Source: Chrysomallon squamiferum (Eukaryota; Animalia; Mollusca). From it: DNA of 64,000 nucleotides. The DNA is taken from NCBI GenBank assembly GCA_012295275.1, contig CM022670.1:24738001-24802000 (forward strand), given 5' to 3'. The notes below the pieces were generated by a model. It did not search any database. It was not told where the DNA came from and worked only from the letters and a program-made list of their open reading frames with translations. Position numbers and translations under genes: made by a program. Positions 41,213 to 55,790 of this stretch are shown here, one piece after another; position 1 is the stretch's first letter, and the number at the start of each line of letters is the position of its first letter.

Positions 41213-42867
41213 CATAATAATAATAATAAAATGTGTTCTCTAATGATAGAGATATCTAACATTATTTTGCTATTATTTAACAAAATTAACCTAGTTCAAC
41301 CTCACTATTTTAGTCTGAATGTTTTAAGGTAAAACTAATAAACTTTGAGCAATATTAATCGCTTTGGGCAGCTGTAATAAAAGTGACTTTGAAGAAAAGG
41401 TTTATTCATCTTCATTCTGATTTTATATAAAAATAATATTTAATAAGCCGTAAGGGTAACATTTATCAATAAACAGGAAAAGGTTTTTAAATTAAAATTC
41501 TGACTTAAATTTAAAATGTATCTTTGGTGATATGAAGAAATAATCTAAACACACACGACAAACTTCAAAATTATGTTTTATCATTATTTTATTATCTTTG
41601 TTACTATTTATTTATTATTGTTATTTTTGATTAACAATGAAGTACAAAGAGCAACAAAAATAGAACAGATTAAAAACATATGGATGCCACCTTTTTTTTT
41701 TTTTTTTATAGTCATAGTGATATCAATTACAAAGCTTATTTATTCTAAGCTTTCCTCTCAGGTCACAAAAAATAGTTATAGATCAGTCCATCATCACATA
41801 TCAAGCATTTCTGTTTAACCTTTTGCAACAATATTATTTTAATTCTCATTGTCTGTTATGACTAACAGCAGATCACCATAACAATAAAATAATAACTTAC
41901 AAATATAAAGAATTTGATTACACTATTTATTCGTACAGCCAAAAATGTAAACTTTATATTGTATTTAGTGTATAAAAATTTTGTGTTAATTTCATTTTAT
42001 ATATTTTTTTTTTTCCCCAATATTTATTAAAAACAAAGAAGAAAAAAAAAAAAAAATGAAAAAGAAGAAATGTTGGAGCGGAAATAAATATATTTAATCT
42101 AATATTAACTGTGATTACACATTCAAACAGAGCTGGAATGTACATCTAGCACTATCAGAATTTAAAGTAATAACTGCAAATTTGAAACCAGTTTTAATTC
42201 TTATGTATCTCCAATAAATGTAGATTAATTTAAAAAAAAAAAATTCAAACTTCAAAAAATAATTCAAACTTCAAAAAAATAAAATAAAAAAATAAAATAA
42301 AATAATATAAAATGAAAAAAATAACGAAAAAATATAAATAAATAAATAATAACAACGACATTTCTGCTTCTTTCAAAGCAACAAACTTGATGCACATGTT
42401 TGCTGATTATTACGTGGTACTAATTACATTTAGTAAATGCATTAATTATAATTATTAACATTATTTATAATTCATCAAAATTAACTCTATCAACGTCATT
42501 ATTTAACCTTTGAATAACTATATAATACTATATAAACTTTTTAAATATAAATATGCTGTTTTCGTTTTTATATCTTTTATATCAGTTTTCTTTTCCTTTC
42601 CTTCCTTCCTTCTCTCTCTCTATTTCTCTTCTCTCTTTGTATTATTTTATTTATTTATTTATTTATTTATTTATATTATTTTTTTAAAGACTTTACGTTT
42701 TTGACTTATTTTTACGACATCGTTACAATTGAGAAAATGACAAACACCTCTTTTATTTCCTTATGAATCATTTGCTTGAAGACATAAATTAGTACACATC
42801 CAGTTGCAAGAATAATAACGCCTATAATCCCGCAAAGCGTTGTGCACACAACAGATCTTTTAGCCAT
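33521..42867 (-). CDS. SCARB2: CD36/scavenger receptor class B, lysosome membrane protein 2 (SCARB2/LIMP-2)-like paralog B, about 502 aa, 13 exons: 42867..42748, 40653..40493, 39578..39434, 39099..38881, 38425..38334, 37836..37787, 37482..37413, 36532..36336, 35569..35451, 34926..34853, 34485..34431, 34169..34011, 33568..33521
   Basis: All junctions are GT-AG and phase-compatible (1509 nt). Motifs: WISPPAPIYFQVWVFDVVN, KGPYTYRE, LLWGYE, NGTDDG, ANMLNGSDGTMFPPF, DVCRSL, APVFFSSPHFL, LDIEPITG, AAKKIQIN, FPVLWLSE. It has two terminal TMs and the tail DEKQPLLQ*, which resembles the LIMP-2 dileucine lysosomal signal. Strict orthology to vertebrate SCARB2 needs a tree. Confidence 0.92.
33608..33930. 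mobile_element. MITE of about 320 bp in the last intron of CD36 paralog B
   Basis: TIRs AGGCCACATAAAATAAATT (33610-33628) / AATTTGTTTTATGTGGCCT (33911-33929). Superfamily not assigned. Confidence 0.7.
35823..36270 (+). repeat. Degenerate 20-25-bp minisatellite (AACTATCTCTCACACATTCACAAT-like) in intron 8 of paralog B
   Basis: Many consecutive variants of AACTATCTCTCACAC and TTCACAATAAC. Confidence 0.8.
36630..36782. repeat. (AAAAT)n pentanucleotide repeat after a poly-A run
   Basis: Direct reading; it lies in intron 7 of paralog B. Confidence 0.9.
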
Positions 42868-43073
42868 TTTTCTAAAATCGCTGGAACATGTGACACATGA
42901 ATCTGCTGCCCTCACAATAATTATAAACAGAAACAAAGTCCCATCACTCTGTTTTGATCCTGCGCTTGCAGGTAACCGTATCCGACCGTTGATTGTGTCA
43001 GTGATAGTTCAATAGCAACAGCGCTAGTAGAAATTGCAGCCAGCGTCTGTATATTATATCATTTTAGAAGTAT

Positions 43074-43643
43074 TACCGTATATTTGTATCATTTTAATTT
43101 TGTATTTTAAGACAAAAATTGCGTCATTTTAGGTAATACTTGTGTATAAGTCGACTGTAGATTCCAGGCACCGTCACTATTTTTAGACCAGTGTGACAGT
43201 GCCATGAAGGCCTACATTGTACGCCTACTGTAACATAACTTGCACGAGCTGTAACTTGCACGAACATACCATAATAACGTAAATGCATGTATTACACGAG
43301 CTATAGCCTAAATCATTGCAAGACGCCGTAAGGCATAACGCCGTACTGACGGTTTTCTCGCTTTAAAATGTATTTTTATGTCATTAAACGGAAGAATATC
43401 ATGTTTTACATTCATATTTGGTTTTGTTATTTAATTTTTCAAACCTTTTTATACGATAAAATTATATTTTTGAAAAGCTGAAAGACCGCGATTATTTTAG
43501 ATGCATCCCATAGCAAAAAATAGTCAAAATGGCGACTCTTCAGCAACAGCTACAAAAGCATTACCTATGTATAAGTCGACCCCCAAAATATTACCTTAAT
43601 ATAGTATCCCAAAAATTCGACTTATACACAAGTATATACGGTA
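43074..43643. mobile_element. Tc1-mariner (Tc2/pogo-like) MITE just upstream of CD36 paralog B
   Basis: It starts TA-CCGTATAT and ends ATATACGG-TA. Subterminal inverted motifs are ATACTTGTGTATAAGTCGAC (43136-43155) / TCGACTTATACACAAGTAT (43617-43635), with a further GTATAAGTCGAC at about 43569. Confidence 0.7.
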
Positions 43644-46600
43644 AATAAAAAACAAAACAAACAATAGAGATGTGACTAACAACTTTAAATTGCACAGAAT
43701 AACTTTTTTAAAGTATTTTAAATATTTCGTGGTAAAAAGTTAATGTGATTTATACATATATGTGTATGTTCGCATGTGCGTTTCATCTTTAACCATAATC
43801 TTCTGCAAAACACAAACTCGGATAAAGCTTGAAACCTAATTCAGAAAGGTGTTGCAGGTAGTGAGGTACTAATTAGGGACAATAAAACGTCTGTAATCAT
43901 GAGACTAAAAGCACCTAACGGCAGACGCAGGTGTGTTAAGTCGGATATTTAAAACAGAAACACAGAACAGTTTTCTTAGCTTTCTACTTGGTGTGATTTG
44001 ACTGCAAACGAAAGTTATCTATCATTTGACCATTGTTGGTATTTTCTCTGATGGAGCTAATCAACATTCAAAATAAAAAAATAATAATAATAACCATATT
44101 TTAAAAATCAATTATTGATATTAAAAAATAATAATAATAAAATAAAAAGTTATGTTTTATTTTAAATTCAGCATTCGAGTAAAATTTATTGGATTCATCG
44201 AGTTTAATTCGCAAAATAATCGTCTCTGTCTTAGAGTATCAGGAACATCATTTTCCGTAAGTTTAACAAACGCGAATGGTATGCTGGAAACCATGTTTCA
44301 TTTTCGGAGCTGAATTGTTTGTCCGAAAACTGATAGCCGTTACTAAATTTAGCAATAAAGCGTGATTAGGCGCACCTACCATTCGAACAAACCCTACTAT
44401 ATTTCATTTTAATTTACATAAAAAAAAAATAAAATAATAATAATAATAAAAAAAATAAAATAAAATATAATAAAAATTATAAAGGTTTGTAACAAACCCA
44501 ACATAAATTACCTGTTTTGAATAGTTTTATGACTGAATTCTTTTTATTCACAAAACATTGTACAGAAAATGGAAGTAGTAAACCATTAATCAGGGATTCT
44601 TCCAACAGTGCATGTAGACTTATTGGTAACTTGCGTACAAACATATTGTTTTCAGCACACATAATTTATCAGTGTAAACCTATATAACATTTAACATAGG
44701 ATTTCTTTTCATTTATTTATTTTTCTAAGGGTGCCAAATCTGAGATAGTATGTATTCAGCATCCTTTGTTTAGATTTATTAGTCTTATTTCTTTATAATG
44801 AATCGTGCCCTTTTTCACTGAAAAACACAGCCATATGTTTAAGCTACTGACAGCTAAATAACGGAAAGATAGTTTACATTGTTTCATTTGATGGCCTGAA
44901 TAGCTTGATTGTCATGACATTCTGCATACTAACATACCAGTATAATAGAATAGGATAAAAAATAAAACTTGTCTACTGTTGAATCTGATATTGCAGGATT
45001 TAAATGGCAGTGGATGCTTGTTTTTTGTGCATATTTATAATTAAAACTTATTCAACATGTACTCACTATCCAACCCTAAAAGCAAAATGCTTGAATTTAA
45101 ACTGTACAAAAGTTGTTGCTAGGTATTTAAATACTATGTCCATCATCAAAAGGCTTAATACAACAGAGCTGTCTTCCCACTGAGTTATCTCCTTTTATCC
45201 TGTAAATCATTACTTTAAGAAATTGTTATTTTAGAGTTAGTAGCTTATATAATATAAAGTAAGACCAACAGTTCAAATCAGGTGTATGTTCTCCCAGTTG
45301 TATTTCAAAATTCCATTATGGATAAGCTAATGCAAAAATATTCCTGATCCAATAGCAGACTGCACTTTCAAATTTGTTTTTGTTAACTCAAAATCAATGT
45401 AATAATATAAAATTGTCAGAAGTGTGCATTTTATTATGGTGTCCTTCTTTTCATCTAAAAATCCAGCTAGAAAATATTCCATTTCTTTGGAAGAAATGAA
45501 AGGAGTTATTTGATCAGTTTTATATTGTTTCAAACTAGATACAAAAAATATTCAATGTTTTTGACAAGCACTGAAAATAGCAGAAAAATTCATGCAGAAA
45601 TCCCCAATGTCAATGACAGTTTATTTATATAAAACTGTCAAGTGAAAAAAAAAATGCAAAAATGAAATTTAATTCAACTTTACAATTGTCACAGAAATTA
45701 AAATAAAAGAAATTAGCATTATATATATATTTTTTTTTCATAATAAAGGTTTCATAAGACATTAAGTATTTTCCAGTATTCATATTTGTTTCTTCCAATA
45801 TAAAATACAGTTGACTGCAAGAAACTAAATGAACCACACAAACTGACTATGAGAAATCCATATTCAAATTATGTACATAAATATACTATATTTTGCTTTT
45901 TATTTCAGAACAATGCCTATAAATTATTGTTTTCTATTCTTTTCATGACCATCTTTGCACATTTGTTAAAAAAAACATTTTTTTTTTTAAACCATAATTT
46001 ATTACCCAATCAGTTACAGCTATTTTAAAGTAGGAAAATGTTCTTAAAGCAGAGTAACTAAAGACACAGTGAGTTCACATATTAATATTTTACTTCTAAC
46101 AGCAAACCAAATGATACCAGAAACTTAACACAAAGTAATTAACCTTTGAGCTAAGTAGATAGCAAAGATAAATGTATTATTACTTCAGCAAGCTGAGTTC
46201 AGAGTTTGAACATAAACAGATGTTACCAACAGGAAAAGTTTGACTCATCTGAGATTAGCAGTATCTCTAAGTAAAGTTGTATTAAGATAATACTGAAAAT
46301 GAAATGTAAAGCTAGTTGTCTACACAAATAAATATGAAATAATAAACTAAAGTGTAACTTAGGTAATATGAAGAAATAGTCTAAATGTATTCTGCTTACA
46401 ACTTACTTCTGTTTGTTTGTTGTTAAGTCTTAATAAAAACTAAATATAACAACAAGAGCAGGTTTTAAAATATCTCTGTGCCACAATTTTCTGTAGGGCA
46501 GGCTACCTTGATCAAGTGTTTGTTTTTATAAATTTCATTATTATTTCATTTTTATTATTTTACACAATACACCACAAAGCCTGCAATTTACAAACTACAC

Positions 46601-46666
<66 letters not shown>

Positions 46667-47500
46667 GTTTAACAAAACACAATAAGATTAATGATTCTTT
46701 ATTCATGTTTTATTAAGCAGTGTATTATACATTATTATTAGAATGGATGACACTGGTTCATGAAGTTCATCGACTAGATTTCAACATTAACATTTATTTC
46801 TGGAATAATTACTTTGAAAGACAATCAATAATTAATTTTTACCTGCAACAAACACTTTACTGAAGTACAAGGAAACAATGGATATTAAAATAAAACAAAT
46901 ATACATGTATATTCTTTTTGAAAGAAATAATTAGCAAAGTAGACATATAGACACATAAATTAAATACTTAGTAGCACTTGACAAAACAAACAATTCAATA
47001 CAGAAAATGAAAGATCTGTGTACAAATTAAAATAAACAGTACAGACATAACTAAATAAAACAGGTCTAAACCAGTTTGCACCATGCTCACTTGAACCCTG
47101 GAAAGATTTTGAAGCCCCAACCCTAGACTGCTACAAAGCATAAGTCTTAGATCATAAAATGTTTAGAACGTACTAGGCCTGAATTGTTGTATTCATTAAC
47201 AGATTTCACAAAACAAGTCAAATTTTACTTTATTTGTTTTGCATGGATGTCTTAGCCATGAGCATTAGTTTGCTCTGAAAATTTTATTTTTAATATTAAA
47301 AACAAAACATGTGAGGCACACACCCTATGTTGGTAAACACTGACCTAGAGTGACCGATTTACACACTACATAAATGCATATTTAATGTGATTCAGTTGCT
47401 CATCAGATGTAGTACATTATACATTTTACTTCAACTATTGTATTTTCTACTTAACATTAAAAAAAAGTACTACCCTTATTATCACAAGACTGTTGTAAAA

Positions 47501-47892
47501 ATAAATGTTACAAATGCATTAGGTGGATAATTTTGGATTTTATAAATCTCTGATTACTATAAAATAGACTAAATTTGCAATAAAACTGAATGAAACTATT
47601 ATTTTAATTTTAATTTACTACTGCCTATAAATAAATGTTACAAATGCTTTAGGTGGATAATTTTGGATTTTATAAATCTCTGATTACTATAAAATAGACT
47701 AAATTTGCAATAAAACTGAATGAAACTCAATTATTTTAATTTTAATTTACTACTGCCTATAAATAAATGTTACAAATGCTTTAGGTGGGTAATTTTGGAT
47801 TTGATAAATCTCTGATTACTATTAAATGGACTAAATTTGCAATAAAGCTGAATGAAACTCAATTGTTTTAATTTTAATTTACTACTGACTAT
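47501..47892 (+). repeat. Tandem repeat, 3 x about 130 bp, downstream of the VPS37A stop
   Basis: The unit ATAAATGTTACAAATGC.TTAGGTGGATAATTTTGGATTT..TTTACTACTG starts at 47501, 47631 and 47763. Confidence 0.92.
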
Positions 47893-48318
47893 ACTATGAA
47901 AAAAGTCCAAGTTCATTAACAACTGCATAAATCCAGTTTATGTAGTCTCTAGTCTTTGTGATCTGACAAATATGTGATGTAATCAACAAATATATAAGTT
48001 TATTATTCATTTTGTCACCTATCACATTAGTTTTAGTTTATTATGACATAATGGTGTCAAAACATTTGCAGACGTAAACCCCTTCAATTATCTCATTCAT
48101 ACACACACCATATAAACATTCTGTCACATCAAATAACAGTGTGTGTATGTGCATACATCAATGCTCCCTTACATAGGCAGAAAGATTAAAAAAATATATG
48201 AATAGTATTTTAAAACAATAAAAACATGAGATGGAGATGCTAACAATTATTTTTTGATGATCCATGCATATATAGTTATCATATATGTATAGATATAGAT
48301 ATAGATATAGATATAGAT

Positions 48319-48370
<52 letters not shown>

Positions 48371-48856
48371 TTTTATTTTTTAGTTTGTTTTTAAAAACAA
48401 TATCTGCTCATTTTACAATTTAAAAGTGCATTTTGTGTCAATGTGAATGAAGATTTTAATTAAAACAAAATATATAATGTTTAAAAACAGCAAGTTTCTT
48501 TTGTCGTTAAAATGCTCTTGGCATCATTATGTTCAAAGAGTTAATTCTGAGATTTAACACAAGAAAGATTTTGTTAGTTATCACTTTCATTTGAAATAAA
48601 AAGAAACCTTATCTTTTCAGGATAAAAATAATAATTAAATCTTGAAGCAAAAAAGTTAACTTATTTTATCTTTACTTTTTATATTGATTTAAGTTAAAAA
48701 AAAAAAAAGAAAAAAAATAATTAAGTTACAGTTTATCTTAAAATATACATACATAATTTTATGCTTTATTAAGTATCACAAAAAGCAACATATTCTTTGT
48801 ACTGTTTCTGATTAAATAATGGACTTTGCTGATTGCTGTCTCTGAACTGTAAGTTA

Positions 48857-51800
48857 TTAATTCATAGATTCCGATGCCATTATGATCTGTGTCAGTTTTT
48901 CTTCTTTTGCTTTCCGTAGGTGACACAACTGCAGAAGAAAAAATAAAAATAAAATGAGAGTGTGTAGAGCTGAATTACAATCTTTTACTTATTTGTAGTT
49001 TAGCACATCTAGTCAAGATAATTCTGACTTGTATGATTTTGATTTTATATGTTGCTTAATATATAACTGTTTTTCAGTGCTCTTTTATCCTGAACATTTC
49101 TTGAAATTGAGATAAAATTATATGGCAGTGGATGAATCAGTAGTAATTTATAAACATAAACTAAATGTGTTAATGAGGGATATTTCTAAGGTTAAAATGA
49201 AAACAATTAACTGTATACTTTTTGATTCTGTAATATAATGTAAACTTTCAGTGAAATATTTCTATTTCATATTACAGGAAAAAAAAGAAAAGAATTATGG
49301 ACAATAATAACAACAATAACAACAACAACAACAAAATAATGATAATAAATAAATTTGGTAACAAGATAATAATAAAAAAATATAATCATAATAATCATGG
49401 GGTTTAAAATTTAAATATAATGTGATCTAATTACTCTAATAAAACAAAAATAATTATGATATAAATGGATGTATTCAAAGCTAAAATAATTTAGCATTAA
49501 GCCAAAGCCGTATCTTAATAAAGTAAAAGTGCTGAAACCAAATCTTAAAGGATTAAAAATTATACTCACAGTTCTTTTATGAAGGAATGACTGTATGAAA
49601 GTTTCAATGTCCATTTTTTCTGAGAATAAAGTAAATATTTGTCAATATGTAAAATATGGGTTAAGAAAGGAAAACGTTAACAAAAAATAAAATATATCAT
49701 CTTAAAAATCAGTCTAGCTAAATTTAAAAATGTATTGTCTCAGTTATCTAACAAATTTAAGTATTTTTAACATAAAATAAAATCAGAATAAAACAGGATT
49801 TTGTGCAACATTGAAATATTTATAACAATAGATTAATCCTAAAAAACAGTTAAAAATTCATTGTTAAACAAAATTATGATAATAATATTACATTTAATTT
49901 TTATATCTATTTCTCTTGGTTATCTATATATCAAATAAATCTCCTAGTTTAAAAGAAGAATTGCTGCCATCACTCAACACATATTTTGCTTTCATACTTC
50001 ACTATTAGCAAAAACAGAGATGTATCACAGAGGATATATATAAACATATGTATATTTTAAGGTTATTTGTGCACTTTAACAACAACAACAACAGAAGAAT
50101 TCCTGTTAAAACTCACTGTCTAAGAAATCTTCAGCTATTTGTTCTGTTTCTTCTTCAGCTTCAAGAACAGCCACTTTGAGATTCGTCTGGATGTGGGTCG
50201 GATCAAACTCGTCACAGAGACTCATGTGTTTTTCACAGTTCTTTTCCAGAGAATCCTTCAGCTCTTCTAATTCTTTATACTTTACAGCAACAAAAGTAAA
50301 ACACAGTTACTAACAGACTTAATTTGATCACACTGAAATGTAACCATCTTGTACAAAATTACTAAATATACTTTGCATACTTTCAAGTAATTGCTGTGGA
50401 TTTATGTTGCAGAAGAGGTGTTTTTAATAATAAAATAAAAGTAAAATAACAATAGGATCCTTGGAGGCTGGTATTTAAAAAAAACAAAAACAAAATATCA
50501 TGTCGTTTTATAAACAGAAATGTGAGCAAACCCCTGTTAAAAAAATGAGGGTTTAGCAAGTTAATGATGATTTGCTGAGTCTGTCTGTTTAGAAATAGAA
50601 AATGAAAAAAAAACACCAAAAATGTGAAAAATGAAATATGGGAAATAAATAAATTGTTTAGTTATTTTAAATTTAATTTTTTTTTTTTTTTTTTATCAGT
50701 TGGTAAAGGTTGGTGCAAATTAACAAATAAAACAATATATATATATAATTCACTCTTTAATGAATAATTTTATCTTTAAAAAGTGTTAAGCAAATTGATT
50801 TGCAGCATAAGTAGCACATCAGTATTTAAATGTTTTTTTGAAAAAAGAAATAAATATGTTAACTGTACAGAATAATGTAAAATGAAATTTTAAAACAAAA
50901 ACAAACTTGATAAGACTTACTTTATCAATAAGTGAATGCTTTAGTTCTTGCAGATAGGGCTGTTTATCCAAATTTTCCCCTAAAAAATACAAAATGCAAA
51001 GACAAAATAAAATTAATAAAAATTGAGAATTTGTTTAAAAGATGAACAATAAATTATAAACACACCATGCTAAGCATGAAATAAACAAATTTATAAATGA
51101 ACAATTCTAAGAGCTGTAAGAATTATAAAAACATTATTTAATCCCCTCCGGAAATACATTAATAAAATTATTATTAATAAAAATTAATATATACTGTCAA
51201 TATATGGAGTGTGTAGAAATTAAAATTTAGTTTTCTGCTAAAAACCAAAACAAACAACAAAAAAAAAAAAGAAAAGAAAAGGCAATGCATAAACTCACTA
51301 GCAAGAGCCACACACTGGGCAGATAACTGTTCTCTGTCTCGAGCAAACTGGGAGATCTCAGGAAGTTCCTGAATTAGTTCCAGCACTTGTTCTTCATTAT
51401 CTACTAACTGTTGCAGGTCAAATAATCTTTAATTAAAAACAAAATGAATTTTCAAAACATGCCAACATGTGAAATAATCTCGTTTGAACAGTATTGTTCA
51501 CAGAAACATGAATAAAGTCAATGAACATGAACACAACATGAGCAGAAAATATGATTTAATGACACTGAACTATTTATTTCAATAAATAATACATTGACTG
51601 TTAATAACATTACAACTGTTATATCAACAGTTATCTAAAAGCAAACAAATGTCCTAGTATGTGAAAGCAAAATTTTCTGCCTATAGATTACTTTTAACAA
51701 AAAAAATGTCAGATCATTTTCTACATCTTTCGCACTACAGGGAGGAAAGATCATATCTATTTCTCTTAATATTCAAGAAAAAGAAAATGTATTCATTAAT

Positions 51801-54800
51801 TCAGACAAAAATATTTAACCTATACTGACATTGCGTCATATATAAATATATATATATATATATATAATAAATATTATATAAAGAGAGACAACTGAAGACT
51901 ATTTTTATTTTTATTTTTCTCTTTGTTTATTTTTTTTTGAATTAGAACCAAGGTATCTTTTTCATGCTCTTTTCTACAGACAAAACAAAATCACATGCCA
52001 TCAATTTTGATAAATGACCAATAGTATGCCACTTCTTATCTCAGACCTCAACCATAATCAACAAGCCTCAATCCAACACAATGTAATATGGAGGAAATAC
52101 GTACTTCTTATCTTTTAAAGAGGGAAACGCTTGTAAAATGTTTGGCAACTTGTAGTCTTTGTTAATCATATCTGAATTCTGAAAATATAAATATTTTATA
52201 AATTTTATAAATAATCAATGACTGTTCAGCAAATTTTTATATTAATAATATATCATCTATAAAGTATATGTCACGTTTTAGTTGTAACTAAGCAAGTACT
52301 CGATATTGAACAGCTCACAAAAAAGGTCATCTTAAGTCCATTTATGATTACTAATTTATTTTAACAGTTATAGAAAATACTGAAAAGCGCTAGAAGTTTA
52401 AAATAGACCAATACACATATTATCAAACATATTCAAATTTAGGCTTTTTTTTTAAATTTAAATGTTTCTGTCATTACCTCTGACTCCAAACGTGCAGCTA
52501 AGCCATTGTATGGCATCCTTGGTGGAATGGCTGGAGGAGTTGAAGAAGGTACAGTTGTAAATTCAGTCCTTGGTGGTGTGTAGTTCTGATAGTTAGGAGA
52601 CATCATCATAGGTGATGATGACACAATCCCAGGATAGATGGAGGGTGGGGTCTGATCTGACCTGAATTATAATAAATAATAAGATTATATTTGAAAAAAA
52701 CTGAAAAAACAAGAAAGGAAATAAATTCAAGTTTAAACATCAATATAATGCTGAAATCAAATTTTAGCCTAAATTTCATAACATATGAACTTCTCAGACA
52801 ATCAGAAATCATTTAAGATTTGTTGTCTTTATTGCTTTTACTGAAAATAATCAGCAAATCATGGTGTATATTATATGGATTAATGATATTCTTTATTATT
52901 ATTTTAAAAATATAAATGGAACAGTTATGCTGTTAATATTATAAAAATTGGTACTATAGAACTTGAACATAATATTAAAATATTTACATGTGAGGCAGAA
53001 TTCTTGGTGGATTTCTTTTGAATTCATCAACAATAGTCTGTATAGCTTGCCCTAAATCAGAATGCATGGAAAACTGAAAATACAACATATATGATTAAAT
53101 CAGGTTATACAATTACATTATCTTTATTTATTGATATCAAACTTAAAAATTCGTGCCACCTCCTTTTGAAAAAGGTAAACAACATATATTTGACCAATTC
53201 ACAGTGATTTTTATTATATAATAATAATAATCCAAATTATTGTCTCTTTAAATTACAGATGATGCTGATTATAGATTAAGATTATGGAAGCTGTTGCTTA
53301 TAGTTATTTTTCCAAATGCATATCTTGAAGATCTCTTAACATTTTATATATTCTTAAATATTTTGTGAATATAAAAGCATTTCATGAGAATCAGATATTT
53401 AGGGAATTATGCAACAACCAAATGGTTTATTACATTATTAATATTGGAACACCCAACAACTTTCATCTGAACATCAACCCATGGATGTGTAAGGTATGGA
53501 TGAACTGTAACAATTGGCTTTTCCTGAGGGAATGATTGTGGAAGAGTTCTAAAAATTAAATAAATAAAACATTAATAATAATAATAATAATAATCATAAA
53601 AGTAGTGGTAGTAGTAGTAATATTAGTAGTAGTAGTAGTAGTAGTAGTAATAATAACAATAACAATAACAGTAACAATAACAACAATAATAATAATAATA
53701 ATAATTAATCAAATTAGTTATGGATTTAAAATAACCATTCAAAACTGTTTCAAAATACATTTATAAATGAAAGTATTAATAGTTATATTGAAGCAGCTTT
53801 TCTTCTCAGGTTAGTGAATCTAAACAATTCTTATTATTATAAATGGTTTTTAAATTTTTGAACATGTAAAAGACTTCTAAGAAATTAATTTTCAATTTAT
53901 CCTTCCCAATATATGATTGAAATGAAAATATGGTATAATTACATGATAAGTGTTATATTTGTGTTTCCACTCTGAAATGAAACCCTGTATTCCACATCCC
54001 GAGTGACTTCAGCTACCCTGTGAAAATAATAACAATATATAAATATATAAATATATATGAAAATAAAAAATCCCGAAACACACACACACACACACACTAA
54101 AACTTCTCATTTCATTTTTAAATATTAAAACAACAATAGTCATTCAAATGTAACCCAGATTCTATTGAAATTCAAATTATTATTTGTTTACATTTCATCT
54201 GAAACATTAAATATAGATAAATATTATATTTTGTAACTGACATTTACAAAACGATAAAGATATTTAACAAAACAGCAGTAACATTAACAATAACAAGAAC
54301 AAAAACAATACCTTTTTATGCTAGCGGAATGAAGAATATATAAAAAAATAGTATTTTATAATATATCTTTATTTAGCAGCAGAATATAAATCATATAAAA
54401 AATCTTTAAGTAAATTCCTAACATGAAGGTTTTACTTATGATACTATCACACTATCAATGTATCATGCATTTCCTCATATGAATACCATTTTTAATAGGC
54501 AATTAATGAATTATGAATTAATAATGATTAATTAATCGTATTGCATATACACTTTTCGGGGCAGAAATTAGAGAAAAAGATAATGGTACTATAAAAAAAA
54601 ACATATTATATTAGTAACAGTGTGAGGCATAACCATGAGATCCTTTTGTTTTTTATGTGTATCATAATCATTCATTCAGCAAAATTAATGTTACTCATCT
54701 TTAGTTCTCACCCGAAATTATTTTTTCTCAAACTTTCTATTTGTTTAGTTTTTTGATTTTGTAAACTGGTTGCAGATGGATTTTTTGCTTTTCCTCCACC

Positions 54801-54818
54801 AAAGAGAAATCGATGCAT
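48857..54818 (-). CDS. VPS37A: ESCRT-I subunit VPS37A, about 370 aa, 11 exons: 54818..54712, 54017..53943, 53548..53434, 53073..52988, 52661..52478, 52178..52105, 51426..51299, 50979..50921, 50279..50117, 49619..49570, 48928..48857
   Basis: The spliced frame is intact (1113 nt). The N-terminal UEV-like region (TSLQNQKTKQIESLR..VAEVTRDVEYRV..LPQSFPQEKPIVTV..FSMHSDLGQAIQTIVDEFKRNPP) closely resembles vertebrate VPS37A. It is followed by a Pro/Ser-rich linker and a Mod(r) domain ending EAEEETEQIAEDFLD..FLHKRTLCHLRKAKEEKL. Two acceptors are AAG. Confidence 0.93.
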
Positions 54819-55457
54819 TGTGACTTTAATTAAAATAACAGCATAAGTAATCCATCACATTTCTAATAAACGAACTTTCACTTCTACGGGAAGTCTCACT
54901 ACGTCATCGAAATATGTTGTTTCCAGTCTCTGTTTAACTCAGCAAACTATTTACCATAAAACCTATCCGAGTTCTTTTATCAGCGACGTGCTTCGATTTA
55001 ATATTTTTAATATTGTTGTTTATTAATTAAAATAGAGAAACGCATTTAGAATGATTTTTAAAATATGATCATGAATATTACTTATCTATCTACCTGTCTA
55101 TCAATCTATCTATCTATCTATATTAGATTCAATACACGTTAAATAATAGAATGCCATAAAAATCATAACCAGCGTCTCCAAGCCTCCAAGAGAAATTTTG
55201 CCAAAATTGTGGATTTGATGTTCAGTAAATCTACATGTAAAATTACATAAATGCTTTATTTTCATGATCAGATATAACATAGTCTTACAAACATATTCAA
55301 TTAATGCATGGTTTTTGTGGGGCTCTTCTTAGCACTTGGTCCACGGAACAAAGTACCCCTCTCATAGGCCCTGATCATGACCATACATTTCAAACCGATT
55401 TTTGGTTCACATTTCTGTGAACAGGAAAAGATAAATGCAACAAATGAGAAAACCAAC

Positions 55458-55488
<31 letters not shown>

Positions 55489-55790
55489 TTTATTAAATAT
55501 TTTTAAAAAGTGTTAAAATATATATTTAATAAAAATACAAATATATATTAAAAGTTGTTTTTAGATAGTAATTTATATATCTTTGACTGGTAATACATCA
55601 TATATTGAGATAACTGAATTTATAAACAAAACAGCGTAATATGTTAACAGAAGAAACTAACATAACTTTCTGCGGCTGCGCATTGATTGACAGGAAATAG
55701 CACAATAAGAAAAGAGATGTAACTTTTGGGGATAAAAATACACAGCTGTTTTTTGTAGTAAAATCTGTTTCACGTTCGCTGGAAAGTATG
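54819..55790. promoter_or_regulatory. Divergent promoter interval shared by VPS37A and CNOT7
   Basis: CpG returns locally. There are ETS-like (GGGAAGT) and CRE-like (TACGTCA) motifs at about 54888-54906 next to VPS37A. TGCGGCTGCGCA at about 55671 is followed by a plus-strand donor GGAAA|gtatgt (about 55785) that could end a non-coding first exon of CNOT7, spliced to the acceptor ttttccag| at 57558. Confidence 0.55.

Noticed and set aside
47501-47892. Three regularly spaced repeats as a possible CRISPR-like array
   Set aside because: The whole 130-bp units repeat with no unique spacers, there are no cas genes, and the context is eukaryotic.
55190-55375. Possible hAT-like end (..CCCCTCTCATAGGCCCTG) inside the VPS37A-CNOT7 interval
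   Set aside because: No matching opposite terminus or target-site duplication was found.
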